Assembly (NCBI GenBank): GCA_030141605.1
Contig: JAQGDQ010000001.1
Span: 2,356,001 to 2,420,000 of the forward strand
DNA length: 64,000 nucleotides
Origin: Tubiluchus corallicola
Lineage: Eukaryota > Animalia > Priapulida
Reading direction: 5' to 3'
Below are positions 24,068 through 37,338 of the stretch, one piece after another (within the stretch, counting starts at the first letter, position 1; each line of letters starts with the position of its first letter). The translations under genes and the position numbers were made by a program. The notes beneath the pieces were generated by a model. The model was not told the DNA's origin. It saw only the letters and a list, made by a program, of their open reading frames with translations, and ran no database searches.

Positions 24068-27000
24068 TTTTATTTCTGAAAACCAAATTTCTTACACGAA
24101 AATTACAAAATAAACGTATACCCGATCGTTTTATCAGCGGGCAGAGCTCGGATAATAATTTCCAGATTATACTAACGATTTACCCAACATAGCTGCACAA
24201 TACAAATTTAGTTTTAAACTCTATGAAACGAAAAAACTATTAACTAAGCATTTGTTCGTATTTGATAAACAAATATTTTACCTATATGATAATCACAATG
24301 ATGAGGTTATATGTCCGCTAACAAAACTATTTAATTCAAATATCTATGCATACAGTCGTAAATGAAATTTCCAATTGACATTAATTCTCCAAAAAATAAA
24401 TTTGCAATATTACGCGTACAGTGATCTATGAAGTGCATTTTCGGGGCACTCGCACAAAAAATACTCTTCTGTCTGCATTTCTCCACAAAGACACAGCCTG
24501 CGCCCACGAGGTACATTTGCCCAACGACTAGTTTCTATAGCTAGCTAGGATGAGACCCTTGTTATTGTGACGATTATACGTTTGTACTCAGTAGTTCTGT
24601 GTTCTGTGTTCCCCCATACTTTAGATGCGCAGACAAGTTGGGATTTATTTCCAAATAATTCTTGCATTTTATACGATCAGAGTTTTCCGTCTCTCTACAT
24701 CTGTCTGTACATGATTCGTTGTAGCCATAACACTGTCTAAATATTTGTATCCCTTTGTTCATGTACCTTTACATAAATTCCATACCAACATAAACGGGTC
24801 ATCCGTCATAGCGTGACGATGGTTTACCAATTTCGAAACGAGCTTTTTTTGTACATTTTTTACCCTCACTTCAAGTGAAGGCATGCCAAGTTCTTGCAAC
24901 AAACATCGTTTGTGGTAGAAGTACGAACCCCTAATAGAGCTCTAATAGTAGTGCGATACGGAACTTCGCCAATATGGGTACTGCCACATATCCAGGCTTC
25001 GCACCCATAAAGTATGGACGAGAGCAATGCAGACTCTAGCACCTTCCATTTTATCCAAAATGGAAAGTCAAAGTTCGTGGTTACAAAAAAAAAGACAAAT
25101 TTCATCACGTGTGGCTGCTTGGATTCAAAATGTTCCCTAAGAGCAGCATCGGGCGACCCATCATAAAGACAGCCCCCAAATAAGTGTAATCATTGCAATT
25201 CAGTACTCACACATTGTTAACAACTTCCACTCTGTCTGCCAGAGAACCGTCCACATTGATGACCATTCTTGATCCTTCACAAAATCCTAAAAGTACAGAA
25301 AGTTTCTTTTTGGCTCCATTTCTAGACATGGCAAGCAGGACAGTATCATCCATAAACAGTAGACAATGAACCCAACCAAGAAAGTCATCTATTCCACACA
25401 CATGTTTAATTCGCCTCACAAACGGATTTAGGTACAAGGTAAAAAGAAAACAAGATATCGGGCTTCCCTTGCTATAATTGTAGCCATTCCTAAAATCATC
25501 TGTGTATCTGCATATAAGATACAAATAGCCGTTACTATCGACATCCTAAAGCTGCCAAGGTAGTAATAATAGCACCACGAGGTACTTTTGTCATACGCTT
25601 TGCTAAAGTCGACGTAGGTTATGAAAAGCTTTTCTTTTGACACAGTGCATAATCCATGAGTAACCGAAGGGTGAGGATGTGTTCCAAACACCCCCGTTCG
25701 CGCTGGGCACCTGCTTGTTCCCGATCAGGGCAAAACCACTTCTGAAGGCGTTGACAAAGCATGGCATCATACAATTTGGCGAAGGCATCCATTACTGATA
25801 TACCATGATAATTGTTGCAGGACTGCCGATGGCCTTTCTTGAATATCACTATTAGCCATGAAGAAGCCTAACTGGTGGGCGCAATGGTGGCACACCGAAA
25901 CATTAACGTAAATATTGGCACTAAGAAGGTTAGCCATGCTTGCGGTAATATCTTGAGTACTCCAGGTGGAACCCCCAACGGCTCACCACTGTGGTCCGAC
26001 TTCATAGCAGTGATAACTTCACACATCTCAGACAATGTAAAATCATCGTCAGTAACAGGCATGTATGGCAAATTCATTGGCGGAACTAAAACTGAATTTT
26101 GCTCGTAAGGGTTAAAGGGCTAAGCAGGCATTCGAAATGAACCTTAAACTCTGAGTCATTTGAGCATGTTGCCGACAACCTCTCTTCGTCTAAAGTACCC
26201 CTCCATCCGATGGCCTTCCAGATAATTTTAGGGTCGTTTTCTGTAGCCAACCTCGACAGCTAGTGGTTGAGTAGCCATCTCCACTTGTGTTAGCATTAAA
26301 TAACTTTGACTGGGAAATAAAAGCCCTAAAGGACTGGTAAATTTCTCCAAATGTAGTATTTATATCCACCGAGTCTGTTATAGGTGGTGGGGCAATTGTT
26401 GAACAACTGCTTGAGTTTACCATGGTTTGCGTCAGGCCACCTTATCTGTTGGTGTAGCAACTTGGTCCCAGATGAAAAAGTATATTCTCTAAGAAACTTG
26501 CTCTTAATCTGAGATCTTCTGCATTGAAGACCTTATTATCTACCATTTTTGGATCTAAATGAGCAATAACAGGCGCATGGTTCGACGGCAAATGAGCATC
26601 CGTTACCACCAAAAAATTGTTTACAGCACCTACTAAATTATTTGTTACATAAATATGGTCTAATTCAGATACCCAACATTCCTTTCTACGAAATGTCATG
26701 TGGTTCGTAAATTGAAAACCAGTACCTGTCAGGCCATTCAAAACTATAGTTTGATCACACAAGACTCCTTCCTACAACTTATCATTTTCACTGGGAGTGC
26801 GAGTATTATCCTCCAAGTTTACATAATAAAATGACTCTATTTCCTCTCAAAAAACTGTTTCGCAATGAGGCATACCTAGCATTATCATTTCCAAATATTA
26901 CGTAATGCCCTGGGTCTTACGAGATTGTCTCAAGAGAAAAATAACGCGATTCATGTGGTGGTAAATAATAAGAAATATATTAACAGGTATAAAAATGATC

Positions 27001-27250
27001 AGATCCATATTACCATATTCTACATGTGTCAAATCTGAATTTAGCTGGTTACGAAAGAGTAATGCACAGCCACCATGATGGCGATTTTTACATGAACTAG
27101 TATATGTTTTATATCCAGGCAAATTAAAATTATGTTGAGTTTTAATTTCATTCAAACATACGATGTCACACGTTAACAAAAATTCTTTAACAGACTCGTT
27201 TTCTAATTCTTTACATGCAGCATTTATAGTCTAAGTTAAAATTTTCATGG
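24068..27250 (-). mobile_element. Decayed non-LTR retrotransposon (APE plus RT; RTEX/L2-like, clade uncertain)
   Basis: Minus-strand fragments in order: CDIVCLNEIKT, GGCALL, SELDHI, SNHAPV (endonuclease), then FKKG...NNYHGISV, EQAGAQ, EHILTLRLLMDY, YVDFSKAYD, SPISCFLFTLY, LLFMDDTVLLA, SILYGCEAW (RT). Frameshifted. Confidence 0.9.
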
Positions 27251-27660
27251 AAGAACAGCTCTGCCATATAAAGATTATGTAGCAGTCTTCGAATCATTAA
27301 TTAATCATTTAATTAATTAATTAATTAAAATTACTGATTTTGTTCTTCAGTAAAAACACTAATAACTAAAAATTGTGTAAGAAATCTCAGCCAAACTGTG
27401 CTGATTGCGTGCTGCAAACTTATTAATGAAAAAAACGTACATACTTGAAGTTCTGGATTATTGGAATCTATAATTTTAGATTCGAGTCGAACTAAAAAAA
27501 CTCGTTCGAATCGAATTCCTACGTTTGAATTCGTTTGAATGTTTGCACTCTAACGTTCGATGTTCACTCCTACTGCCAAGCATAATTTCTACAATTATGC
27601 GTGTACGATTACTGCATGGTTGAATAGAAGTGGGGCTGAGGAGCCACTGGTATATCAGTG

Positions 27661-27734
27661 CCTAATTTTTTGCTGGATTACTGTTTTGTTTACCTGTCTT
27701 GAGGTCCGATTCTTTTATTTTAGAATTCTGCCTG
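27661..27734 (+). repeat. Dispersed repeat, copy 2 (copy 1 at 5601-5674)
   Basis: See copy 1. Confidence 0.75.
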
Positions 27735-30700
27735 CTGTTTGTTCAATATGTAAGATGGATGTAACGGGCATACTTTATGATGATGATGAAGATGACGTAA
27801 TGATACAGGAGCCCTGCTCTAGACTCTAGAGGCGCAGATAAGAAGATTAGACAGCATTTTTCTATTTTCAATTCGAAGATTTCTGCTATTAATACTTGCT
27901 GGGGCGGTTAGGCAGCGATCCAGAATAGCCAGAGTAAATAAGCCGATGTGTTAGTTTTCTAAACTGCAAAGCTGCCATTTTGCACTTTTAGGCTTTGCAT
28001 GTAAAGAAGTAGCCCGTAAAAACTGCATGAGACGATCGCGCTTGCTCGACTCCCCGCGACCTCCCCTTTGCGGTAATGTGACGTGCTAACATCATATTGA
28101 AGGCATTGATTCTATGAAATTTAATTCACATATTATGATAATGATATAATATTAATTGAACTATAAATAATGAACTTAAATTGTTTGATTATTAAATGTT
28201 TGTTATTTTAACTGGTAATTATGTACCTTCCGCTGGAGTTTGGGCGATACCGAATTCTGACAACGAGGATATCGGTTAATGATAACGTTAATGAATGAAA
28301 TTGGTACTAACTAACCAGAGTACCAATTTAGCAATTTTTTAGCAATGTGGATAGGCAGCTAAAAAAATTTGCCCACAAACTGTTCCCATTTTTCTCAAAT
28401 CCTATACAACATTAATTTTGTACAGCAATTTGACAACATAGCATAGTATATTTTACTAATTCCTTACACCTAGTTAGGTTTCTTCACAGTACTTAACAAT
28501 AGATTCCCAATTCAAGTCGTTTTCATAAAATTCCCAAATGACACTGTTTTTATTTTCTGACTGTTATGCTGTTAGTACAATGTACACACATGCTGCTGGC
28601 TGATAAGTAGTTGTATCCACCTGCTTAAAAGTGAATATAACATAGCTTTTAACAAGTAAAAATCAATCTCCTTATTGAATTTTGTGTGAAAATATCGAAA
28701 TACTAACTACATACATTTTAGTCAAACACATTTGTATTCACCTGTTTTCCTTTTGCATTTTTGCCTTCTTAAAATGGTGTATTCGGTGCGCGAGTTAGTA
28801 GAACGGTTAAATCTAGCTCGCACATGCAATAATGTCATTAACATGGTGGCATCCTTGTAGCAGTGTAGGTGTGAAAAACTTTTTGTAATTCGGCATATAG
28901 ATGCTTCTTAGACATCCACATTAATTTAAATTATGTTATAAACATTCCAATTTTCTGTAGCTGCAGAAAAGATGCAATGTTTCATTAATACAGTAAAACA
29001 TGGCAAGCCTAATCTACCAGCCTCGGAACCGGCGATATACGGACGACTCTTACCTGTTTTCGGACATGGTCACCAGAATTTTTGGGAGGACAGGTGTTAA
29101 AATTTGTTAACCTGGGCGACATTGGCTATTAGCTAGAGCTTTGGACAACATACTTTATTTGGCTTTGCTGATATGAATTGCTAAAGTTAGAGATTTCATT
29201 TAAGTTTTTTGCTTCAGACTCCTTTGTAACGGGGTAAACAGCAAATTGTGTTTTCTGCTATTCTGTTCATAGTCATCCATATTATACAACTCCGAACTCC
29301 TTTCCAACTAATCTGGCAAGAATGTTAACCACTGAGGTCTCGTTTTAGCATCCTTATTAAGCATTTCACCTCTCACCTCTCTCTCTTCGTTAGTTGCTTC
29401 AGGGCTATCGTTTATGTCAGAACTAAACATTAACCATTTTAATTTTTTTAACTTTCATTTAGATCTTTCCTATGATTCCTTTGCAATATTTCAGAAATCA
29501 GAAATATGCTTAGAAAGTACACAATGCAGCTGTACGTGTTCCCAGAGACTTACTTTAGTACTAGAGACTTACTGTCTCTTATTTAGTATGTGGTATCCCT
29601 GAAAACATGTAGGCTTGGTATAACAAATTCATGTTTATGTGGAACATTCGCAGCAAATTTCTTTATTATTAAAGTATTCCACAATTAAATTGTGCTTCTG
29701 TGTAACCAGTAATAATTCAGTTAAATGTTTAACTTTAATGCGGGCCTACTAGTATCTCTTTTTCTTTTTTTATCAGAGTTTCTCTTTTATGTACATTGTT
29801 ACAATTATTGTGACTCTTGATTGCTTGAGTGTTGAAGAGTTTGTCGCTAATATTATTTGCTCCTGCCGACAAAAACAAGTGTGAGAGAAACAGAAATCTG
29901 TATGATTCTGACACATTCTACACCATACTGCTGTCATCACAGCTCACGTGCTCGGTCGTTTCATAACTTTCAGTGTAAGTAGAGGTCTGTCAGTCATCTC
30001 AATGCGCAATGAGGAAAAAGCCTTTTTGAAGTTATTTATATAACACTGGAATCTATGTGTATAATCTCTTAACAATTTTCAACAATTCTCAGCAAGGCAC
30101 AGGATATGTATAACAATTAATCAAATATACACATCACTTTGCACAGTAACTTGGCACTCACTATTGGCCGAGGTATGTAGGTTTTTTGTTCATCTATTAT
30201 TAAACAGATGGCTGCAACTTTGTCAAACAGTGCACCAATTTTCGCTTGTGGCAGTACTTTTTAAGCCATTTCGCTCTCATGGTAGCTTGCATGATATGTC
30301 GATCTTGTCACGTCAACCTGCATTTTTTGACAGTTTGCATGTTAAGGCTACGCTATTCAGCTCAACTGATACAAATTAGTAACTTTGAATAGGAGGATAT
30401 GAAAGTTAATCATTTGCTATAAATGTGGATTAGAAAAAGACTGAAAGAGGTCGCTTGGGAGTGTCTGTGGTTTAGAGCTTAAAATTGAAGAAATTTGCTT
30501 TGTAGTATTTTAATGAGTTCCCAGATCCAAGCAACGGCTTTAATAGAAACTAAGTCTTACAGTAAATTGGCGATTTATATTTTTGTATATGAGGCTTTTT
30601 ACAGTTCAGGAAATTACATAAGTGCACACCATTAGAACAAAAATTTAATGAGTCTATTGGGAAATGTCATAAAACCTCTGTTAGATTTGCTGCCTATTGT

Positions 30701-32328
30701 TTTGCTAAAATATTGTTTCTGATTCATTTGATGATGGATTGTGGCTGCGTCGATCAAATATAAATGATATTAATAATAATAGTGATAATAATAATAATAA
30801 CAATGCAATGATCCTCAAAAGTTCGAATTTCAGTAGTTATCACTTATATAAATGCTGTGAAATCTTGAGTGACTAATTCAATTATAAATTCTCTTAACCA
30901 CGAGCAAGTGCAAGAGACGGCTGTCAACTGACAGTTCTTATTTTATTCCCATTATACCATATACACCATTATACCATACTGACTTTTAAGCGAAAGGTGA
31001 ATAAATTTTAATTGGTTTGTTCTTATTTCAACCATAAACATTTCCAACAGTACTCGGTGCTTAAAATAAGATGAAAAGTCTGCCAACTAACCAAAAATCT
31101 CACATATACAAATTATAGAACACCAGCGTTTTTTACATTTCAAATGTGGTGTTAGTCATAATTGTTGAATTTGTTTGATTATTACTAGTTTGTTCTCTAA
31201 AGCTGTGTATTAAGCTGTTTAACAGGTAAAGCTTTTTAATGGGAGTTACTTGTTTCAGTCATTTTTTCAAAATTTATTTTGCTTGAATTTTGATAACTAA
31301 TTGCCTTTCTTGGTTTTTCTTGGATATTCATAATAAGTTGCACTGGTAACCAACTCCTTGACTAATGTAATTTAGTGAAAGTTCATTTAAAAAGGTATGA
31401 TTTTTGGAGTAGCTAAAATCTGTAAAGTGCAATAGTATGATACGTCCTTGTTTATTTAATGTGCGGTCGCAGTTTATTTTGTGATAATTTTATGCAGCGC
31501 GTGTGATAGTTACCTGTTTGAGTTAGGTAGATACATTTGCCTGGAGTCCTGTACAAATTCTCTCCTGGGCAGCAATAGAAATAAATTAACGTCTGTTTGT
31601 TTATGTTTGAAAACTGAAGTTTATTTTTTTCGTGTAAAAAGTAATGATTTCTTTTATATGGTTTGTATTCGAAGGAGAAGTAGCAATTTGCATAATGAGA
31701 ACTGTGAAAAGTCTTGTGTTACAACATATTATGTTATATTGCATGAGCTGACAGAAGTCGTATACAAACGATCTGAGTGTTGAAATACATCTATACTCTC
31801 TTGGAGATATCCATGATCAGAAAAGCCACTGATATTTAGTCAGTAAAGAGAAAAGAAGTAAGGCGGATTAAATTTTCTCTGATGTGCTGAAAATGTGATT
31901 TAGATTGATTGGGATACTTTTATAGGCATCGGAGTATAAATGGCTCTAATTTGAAAACTTCAGAGTGACCAGTAAGTGATCTCCAACAGACTGTCATTGG
32001 ATTCCAGCACTCTTGACAATTGTTCGTACACACTTAAGATGTAATATAAACACCCTGTTAAATCCCGCACTACCATATAGCATAATACAATATTCATAAC
32101 CATTTATGTTAAATGTTGGTTGAAGACTAGAAGCCATTGTTTAAAATAAGCTGTATAAGAGACTTACCATGATTATCCAAATGATAAGAAGTTGATTTTC
32201 ATATATATGTTTTGCCAAAATTGTCCAAGAATAGTTTTTTCTCCGTGTGACTATATCATTAAATTTTGCTTCATTACCTTGTGTCTCTGTTTGTAAAGCT
32301 TTTATGTATACGAATAAATTTTTTTCAG

Positions 32329-32651
32329 AAATAGTACTTTTACAGAGTTGGACTCATGCGAAAAAGAATTGGATCTTATTGATTATGTTATGGACAAAAA
32401 CAACTGCAGCGAGTACTCGGTGGTTAGCAATAATAACTATGCAGAAAGTCGTAATATGGCCGAGGTAGATAGAAAAAGCAGGCTAGTTGGATATGAAAGT
32501 GCTCTAGATTTATGTGCTCACCAAAGTGCTAGTGGAAATTCAGCAAAACAGCAAGGCTTCATTGATGAACAGTGCAAACGCAGCGGCTTCCACAACAGAG
32601 ACGTGAATATTGATGCTGCTGTAAGAGTGTGCATTCCTGCACATGCACAAG
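32329..32651 (+). CDS. Su(H): Probable N-terminal exon of Su(H) (candidate start ATG 32390; MDKNN...YESALDLCAH...PAHAQ)
   Basis: Acceptor ttttttcag|, open frame, donor CAAG|GTAACT. The phase-1 end matches the phase-1 start of the exon at 42014 (G|AT = Asp). Total CDS from 32390 is 1818 nt (605 aa plus stop). No homology confirmation available. Confidence 0.6.
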
Positions 32652-34178
32652 GTAACTCCCAAATTACTTGCAGCCAGTTTTTTATTTATCCTACCTTTAA
32701 AAATTGTAATGTCCATTGTAATGTCCAGTGATACACTTTTAGACTTGTGAGAAAGCCAGATACATATAGCATTGTTTTTGTTCATGTGGGGGTATGTTTA
32801 CATTATAAGCATTCTACATTTATGGTAATCCTGGTTTGCTACAAGAATTCTTAATCAGAAGAATTAGAAGAATTAAGTCCCTCAATACATATTTAAAAAT
32901 GTTATTTCATTTTTATGCACTGTGCATGTTCCATGCAGTAACAACACAATAAGCAACTCACATTGACCTGTTTTTTATTAGCCATAGACCCATAGTATGG
33001 TTTACAGATTCTGTCATAACGTTATTATACCTGACGTGACATAACTCATTGTCAGCTCATACATTTGTCCAGTTTGAACAGTTTTCCACAAAATTTTTCC
33101 CATATAACAACTTTCTTCAGAACTTTTCGGAACAGTGGAGCCCTGAACTTTGGATTTGTGATTTAGACCCTGCTTTAATAGGATTCTATAACATCGCTTC
33201 TTTTTTAAGACTGGGACTTGATTCTGTTCAGACATAAAGCTTTGTATGATTTTCCATGTTACTGTTTGATCATAATAGCCTAGTATTGCCAAGTAACAAA
33301 AGGTATTATATAAAAAATAGTAACATCAATGAACTAAGTTTATTTGACATCATTAGTTGAGTAAAATGTTTAATTTAAATAAACAAATTAGGTTACAAAC
33401 TAATGTTATGTTTTTAAATTTCTTGACAAGAATTGTTAATTAAATATGTAAAATCTGCAAAATTTTAAATCCAACTTAAGTAATGACAAATTAACTGCTA
33501 CAAGTGTGGGGAGAAGGCTAACATTGACCAACCTGACTAAATTGTTTAATTATTATAGCAGAGTGACTTAATAATCATAAAATATAATATGTTTACTGCT
33601 AGGTGAGTGAAGATTTGAATTAGCAGTTAACGTACTAATTTGGTAGTTTGGTCTGTTTGAATCGCAGTTGTGAAGTAATTACAAATTTTAGAAAATTCAG
33701 AAAACGCCCACAGTATTCATAACATAATTTAGAAGTGTTGATAGGAATTAGAATATCGGGAGACTAACTTGGCCTACTGGCCAGTGGATACTATTGAAAG
33801 TTCATTACTTATTTGTATTCTGTAATTTTGCATAAATTGCTACATCATAATGTAGTCACGTTGTTGTTTTAACAAAGTTTCGTCCTAATAAAAAATATAT
33901 ATAAACTCTGAGCTTTCGTTGAAAACTTGATGATTTCGATTCGTTGTAAATAAAATGGAAAGCTTCACTCGTAAATTCAGTATCAGTCTATAACTGTAAC
34001 TCTTACGTCAAGTGCTCATCAAATGTAAGCCCACCCCTAGCTACAGTATTGCTTTGTGAGTATTGTAACTTAATGCTGTGAGATACTGTGTGTGATGCTA
34101 GGCCCGTGTTACAGGTTGATGGCTTTTATTTCCACGCCTGTACAAAAGGTCAGGCAGCAATGCTGAGTGACGCTGCAT

Positions 34179-34186
34179 CGTGGGAA
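34179..34186 (+). promoter_or_regulatory. Consensus CSL/Su(H) binding site CGTGGGAA
   Basis: Exact match to YGTGRGAA; a CACGTG E-box follows at 34256-34261. Function untested. Confidence 0.4.
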
Positions 34187-36968
34187 AAACCAGTCAGACT
34201 TTCACATGCATGCTGCTGTGTACTGTACAGCGTGCGCAGCCCAAAGCTGCTTAAGCACGTGCGGAATGCTGCGTGTAAACCAAGGAGGCATTAGCAAGGC
34301 CAGGCTGTTGTATAGACCAAACACTCACTGTATGTAATGGTTTTGGCGAGGTTGGCTTGTGTAGGCATTGAATAATGCGGCTCCACAGTTCAGGTTTGAG
34401 TGTTTGGTGAGTTTGGATTATTTATGAAGCATTAGGACGTTTTGATATTTTGTTTTTGATCGCGTTTCGGTGCTATGATTTCTTGTAATTATGTTTTCGG
34501 AAAGTCTTTGACAGAGCTGCAAATCTCATTTGATTTTTAGAATCTTGTTATACATTTTTACAAGGACGCCGTTTTAGGCGATTTTTTTACTCTGCAGCGT
34601 GTAATTAAAGTATTAGCTTAATAAAATCTGCATTTGTTAAATCACATTTCTATTTTTCTTGCTTTAACAGTGGCTGTTGTACGCTCTAACGTGCTTAGAT
34701 TCCTTCCAATGTTCTTGTTAAAAGGTTTGGTGAAGCAGCTATGCCGGATGAAGTAACTTTAACACTTAAAGTTTTAAAAATATTTGTAGCTAATATTTCC
34801 ATTTGTTGTAACAGACCAACAGCGCGTTCAATGGTGCAATGATATGCTATTTACCAGGAGAATACCCCCAAAAGGGAATTTAGGATTCAATAGGGTATTA
34901 GAAGCAGAACCTGATTGAGTCATTGGCAAAATTATTGGAATATTGATCTACAAGTTATACAGGACATCACACTACTCGATCACGAATGTCACAGGTTAAT
35001 TTAAAAACTCAGTGCTTCTAATCATGTTTTAGTAGCCGTCAATATTAATTTTAATAAAAAAACTAGTTCTGTTCAAGTCTTAAAATCCATGAACTTTTTC
35101 TGTTGCTGTTAGGTTTGCAAAGATCCGCTATAAAAATAATGCCCAGTAAATTTAGAATATACTAATATAGATTAGAATCAAACAATCTAGGAAAGGGTAG
35201 TAACATTCCGACGTATGGCGAAAAGGTGCATGGCTCAATGTACTAAAAATCAGACAAGCACCGAAAAGGGGGAATAACATTTTCGCATGTGGCAAAGTGT
35301 GCATCGGGCAAAGATGTTGAAAATTACTGACTTAGAAACTTGCATTTTCTACGTTTTTCGGCGGTCTGTTTCATTTCTAATGCAGAGAGCTTAGACTAGA
35401 CGTGAAAGCATTTCTTGCAGTTACAGTCTGGATTTTCTGTTATAGTAAAGGTTAACCCTTAGTTTAATTTTTTATACTTTAGTTATGTGCCTTGTCCGGC
35501 TCAGGGGCGTACAGTAAAGTAAGCAAGCGCTTTCGTATTGCAAGCCTACGAACTACAACAGTACGTTGTATTACTTGCGGTAGTGAGTAGCTACAGTATG
35601 TATGTTTAATGACACCTGCCAGCGCGTGGGCCGGGGTTGATTGAAAATTTCAAGCGCCCAACTGACAAGCTTGGTGTGTTCCAGCTGACCTGCTAGCTGG
35701 TCTTTGTGATCAATAGCAAAATAATTTTCAACTGATAATTTCTGGTACAGAAAACCTGCTGTTTACCCTTAAAAATTAAAGTTACGTGCGACACATAGGA
35801 TGTACTATATTTATGTGTGGTTCATACAGTTGTCCGTGCAACGAAAAATTGCAACGTCATTTTTATGGCCAGCTATGTTAGCTTAGACAAGACAGTTATA
35901 AAGAATGGTATGTTCATGGCTCGGTTCTTTGATTTTTCATCGTTAAGATTTAATCAAATCGAGATTTTTACTTTTGCAGTATAGCGTTTGATGATGTTTG
36001 AATGAGTCCGCAGTTATTAAAATTCAAAGTTGTGGGTCAATAATTTGCGGATTATTGGAATACCTGTAAATTGCTTGTCTGATACTAGAACCGGGAAGTA
36101 AAGTCAACCAATGTTTAGTTAAAGAGATATTACGTCTCTGTAAGGGCAGATGTATGCTGTAAAGTGACTAAAATTGTTGAAATTTCACTTTTGAGACTGA
36201 CATTCGTATTTTCGAAGGTTTTTTTCAGATGCAGAGTACAAAAAACCTTAATGTTTTTTAAACTGCACAAGTAACAAGCAAATTTAATTGTGCTTTGTAT
36301 CTCAGCTTTTACATTTTCTTGTCTACTTAAACTTCTTATCGGTTGCTATGTTTAGTAACTCATTGAACTAAAATCGGTTGGTTTTTACTTTGTACTGAGT
36401 GATTAGCCTCTTGCTTTCAAAGTATATACATGTATGAGTGTATTGTATATGCTTGACATTCCTAGTTTATATTTGATCATTGTGATTTTATTTGCCAGAT
36501 AATAACTTACTGTTATAAATGTTGTGCTACACGTACTGCGTTATTGTGATATGCCGATGAGTACTTTTTTTGGATTTTGGGCTTCCTCGTTTAATTCTCT
36601 GGACAACGTTCTTTGATGATATTAGTCTAGTAATATGAGTAGAATCACATGCGACAGTATTTCAAGCCACTTTCATTGAAATTTTTATGGCAATAATTTC
36701 ACAACGCTATGGCGTTTAAAATTTGAACACTTTAGCTTCGAATCTTTAGTCATCGTCTCTTTATAATGTTTGTTACCATATTCCCGGTTATTATGAATTG
36801 CTTGTCTTTTCTGCTCTACTGAGTGACATTTTTTCCTAGGTGTAGATTTGCCGTGGACCTACCCCTAATTTTCTCAGACTAAGGGCTCAGTGCCGCGAAT
36901 CAGGCCGCGTTAAAATTATCGATAATGCAGAAGCATTAGCCTATGTAGTTCAATATGTGTGTCATACT

Positions 36969-37338
36969 GGCACGCGCTCTGCGGCCCTGATACTGTATGA
37001 CTCATACCGTGGGAACAAAACGACATTCCAACAGGTGTCCATAGATAATTAATATCACACGAACACAAGCAAAGAGAGACCCAGTCCAATATTACATATA
37101 TCTTATGACGCACGTTCTGTGCTGCAGATTCTCGTGAATTGTGTTGCATGGACACCGCGAAGAAGCTTGTTGCGTCATGTCTAATTCTTTGGACATCAGT
37201 TTTGAAGAATTTCGAATGCAGTTGCTGAGTACGGGTGTACTTCTATCGCCAGGTACACTTTCTGTTCTATGGTCTGTCTTCTCGTTTCTTTATATCGTAT
37301 TTTTCATCAACATATGGTGCATTTCCCCTGTGTGGGAA
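36969..37338 (+). promoter_or_regulatory. Candidate Notch-responsive module: GGCACGCG (36969), CGTGGGAA (37008), TGTGGGAA (37331)
   Basis: Exact motif matches in a locally CpG-richer intronic segment. Function untested. Confidence 0.4.

Noticed and set aside
29000-29110. Short ORF MASLIYQPRNRR... as a Su(H) first exon
   Set aside because: Only a weak GTGTTA donor, phase-incompatible with exon 32329, and no homology.
34179-34208. Su(H) paired site (SPS): CGTGGGAA-N14-TTCACATG
   Set aside because: Spacer is 14 nt (canonical 15-17) and the second site mismatches the core; kept only as a single site.
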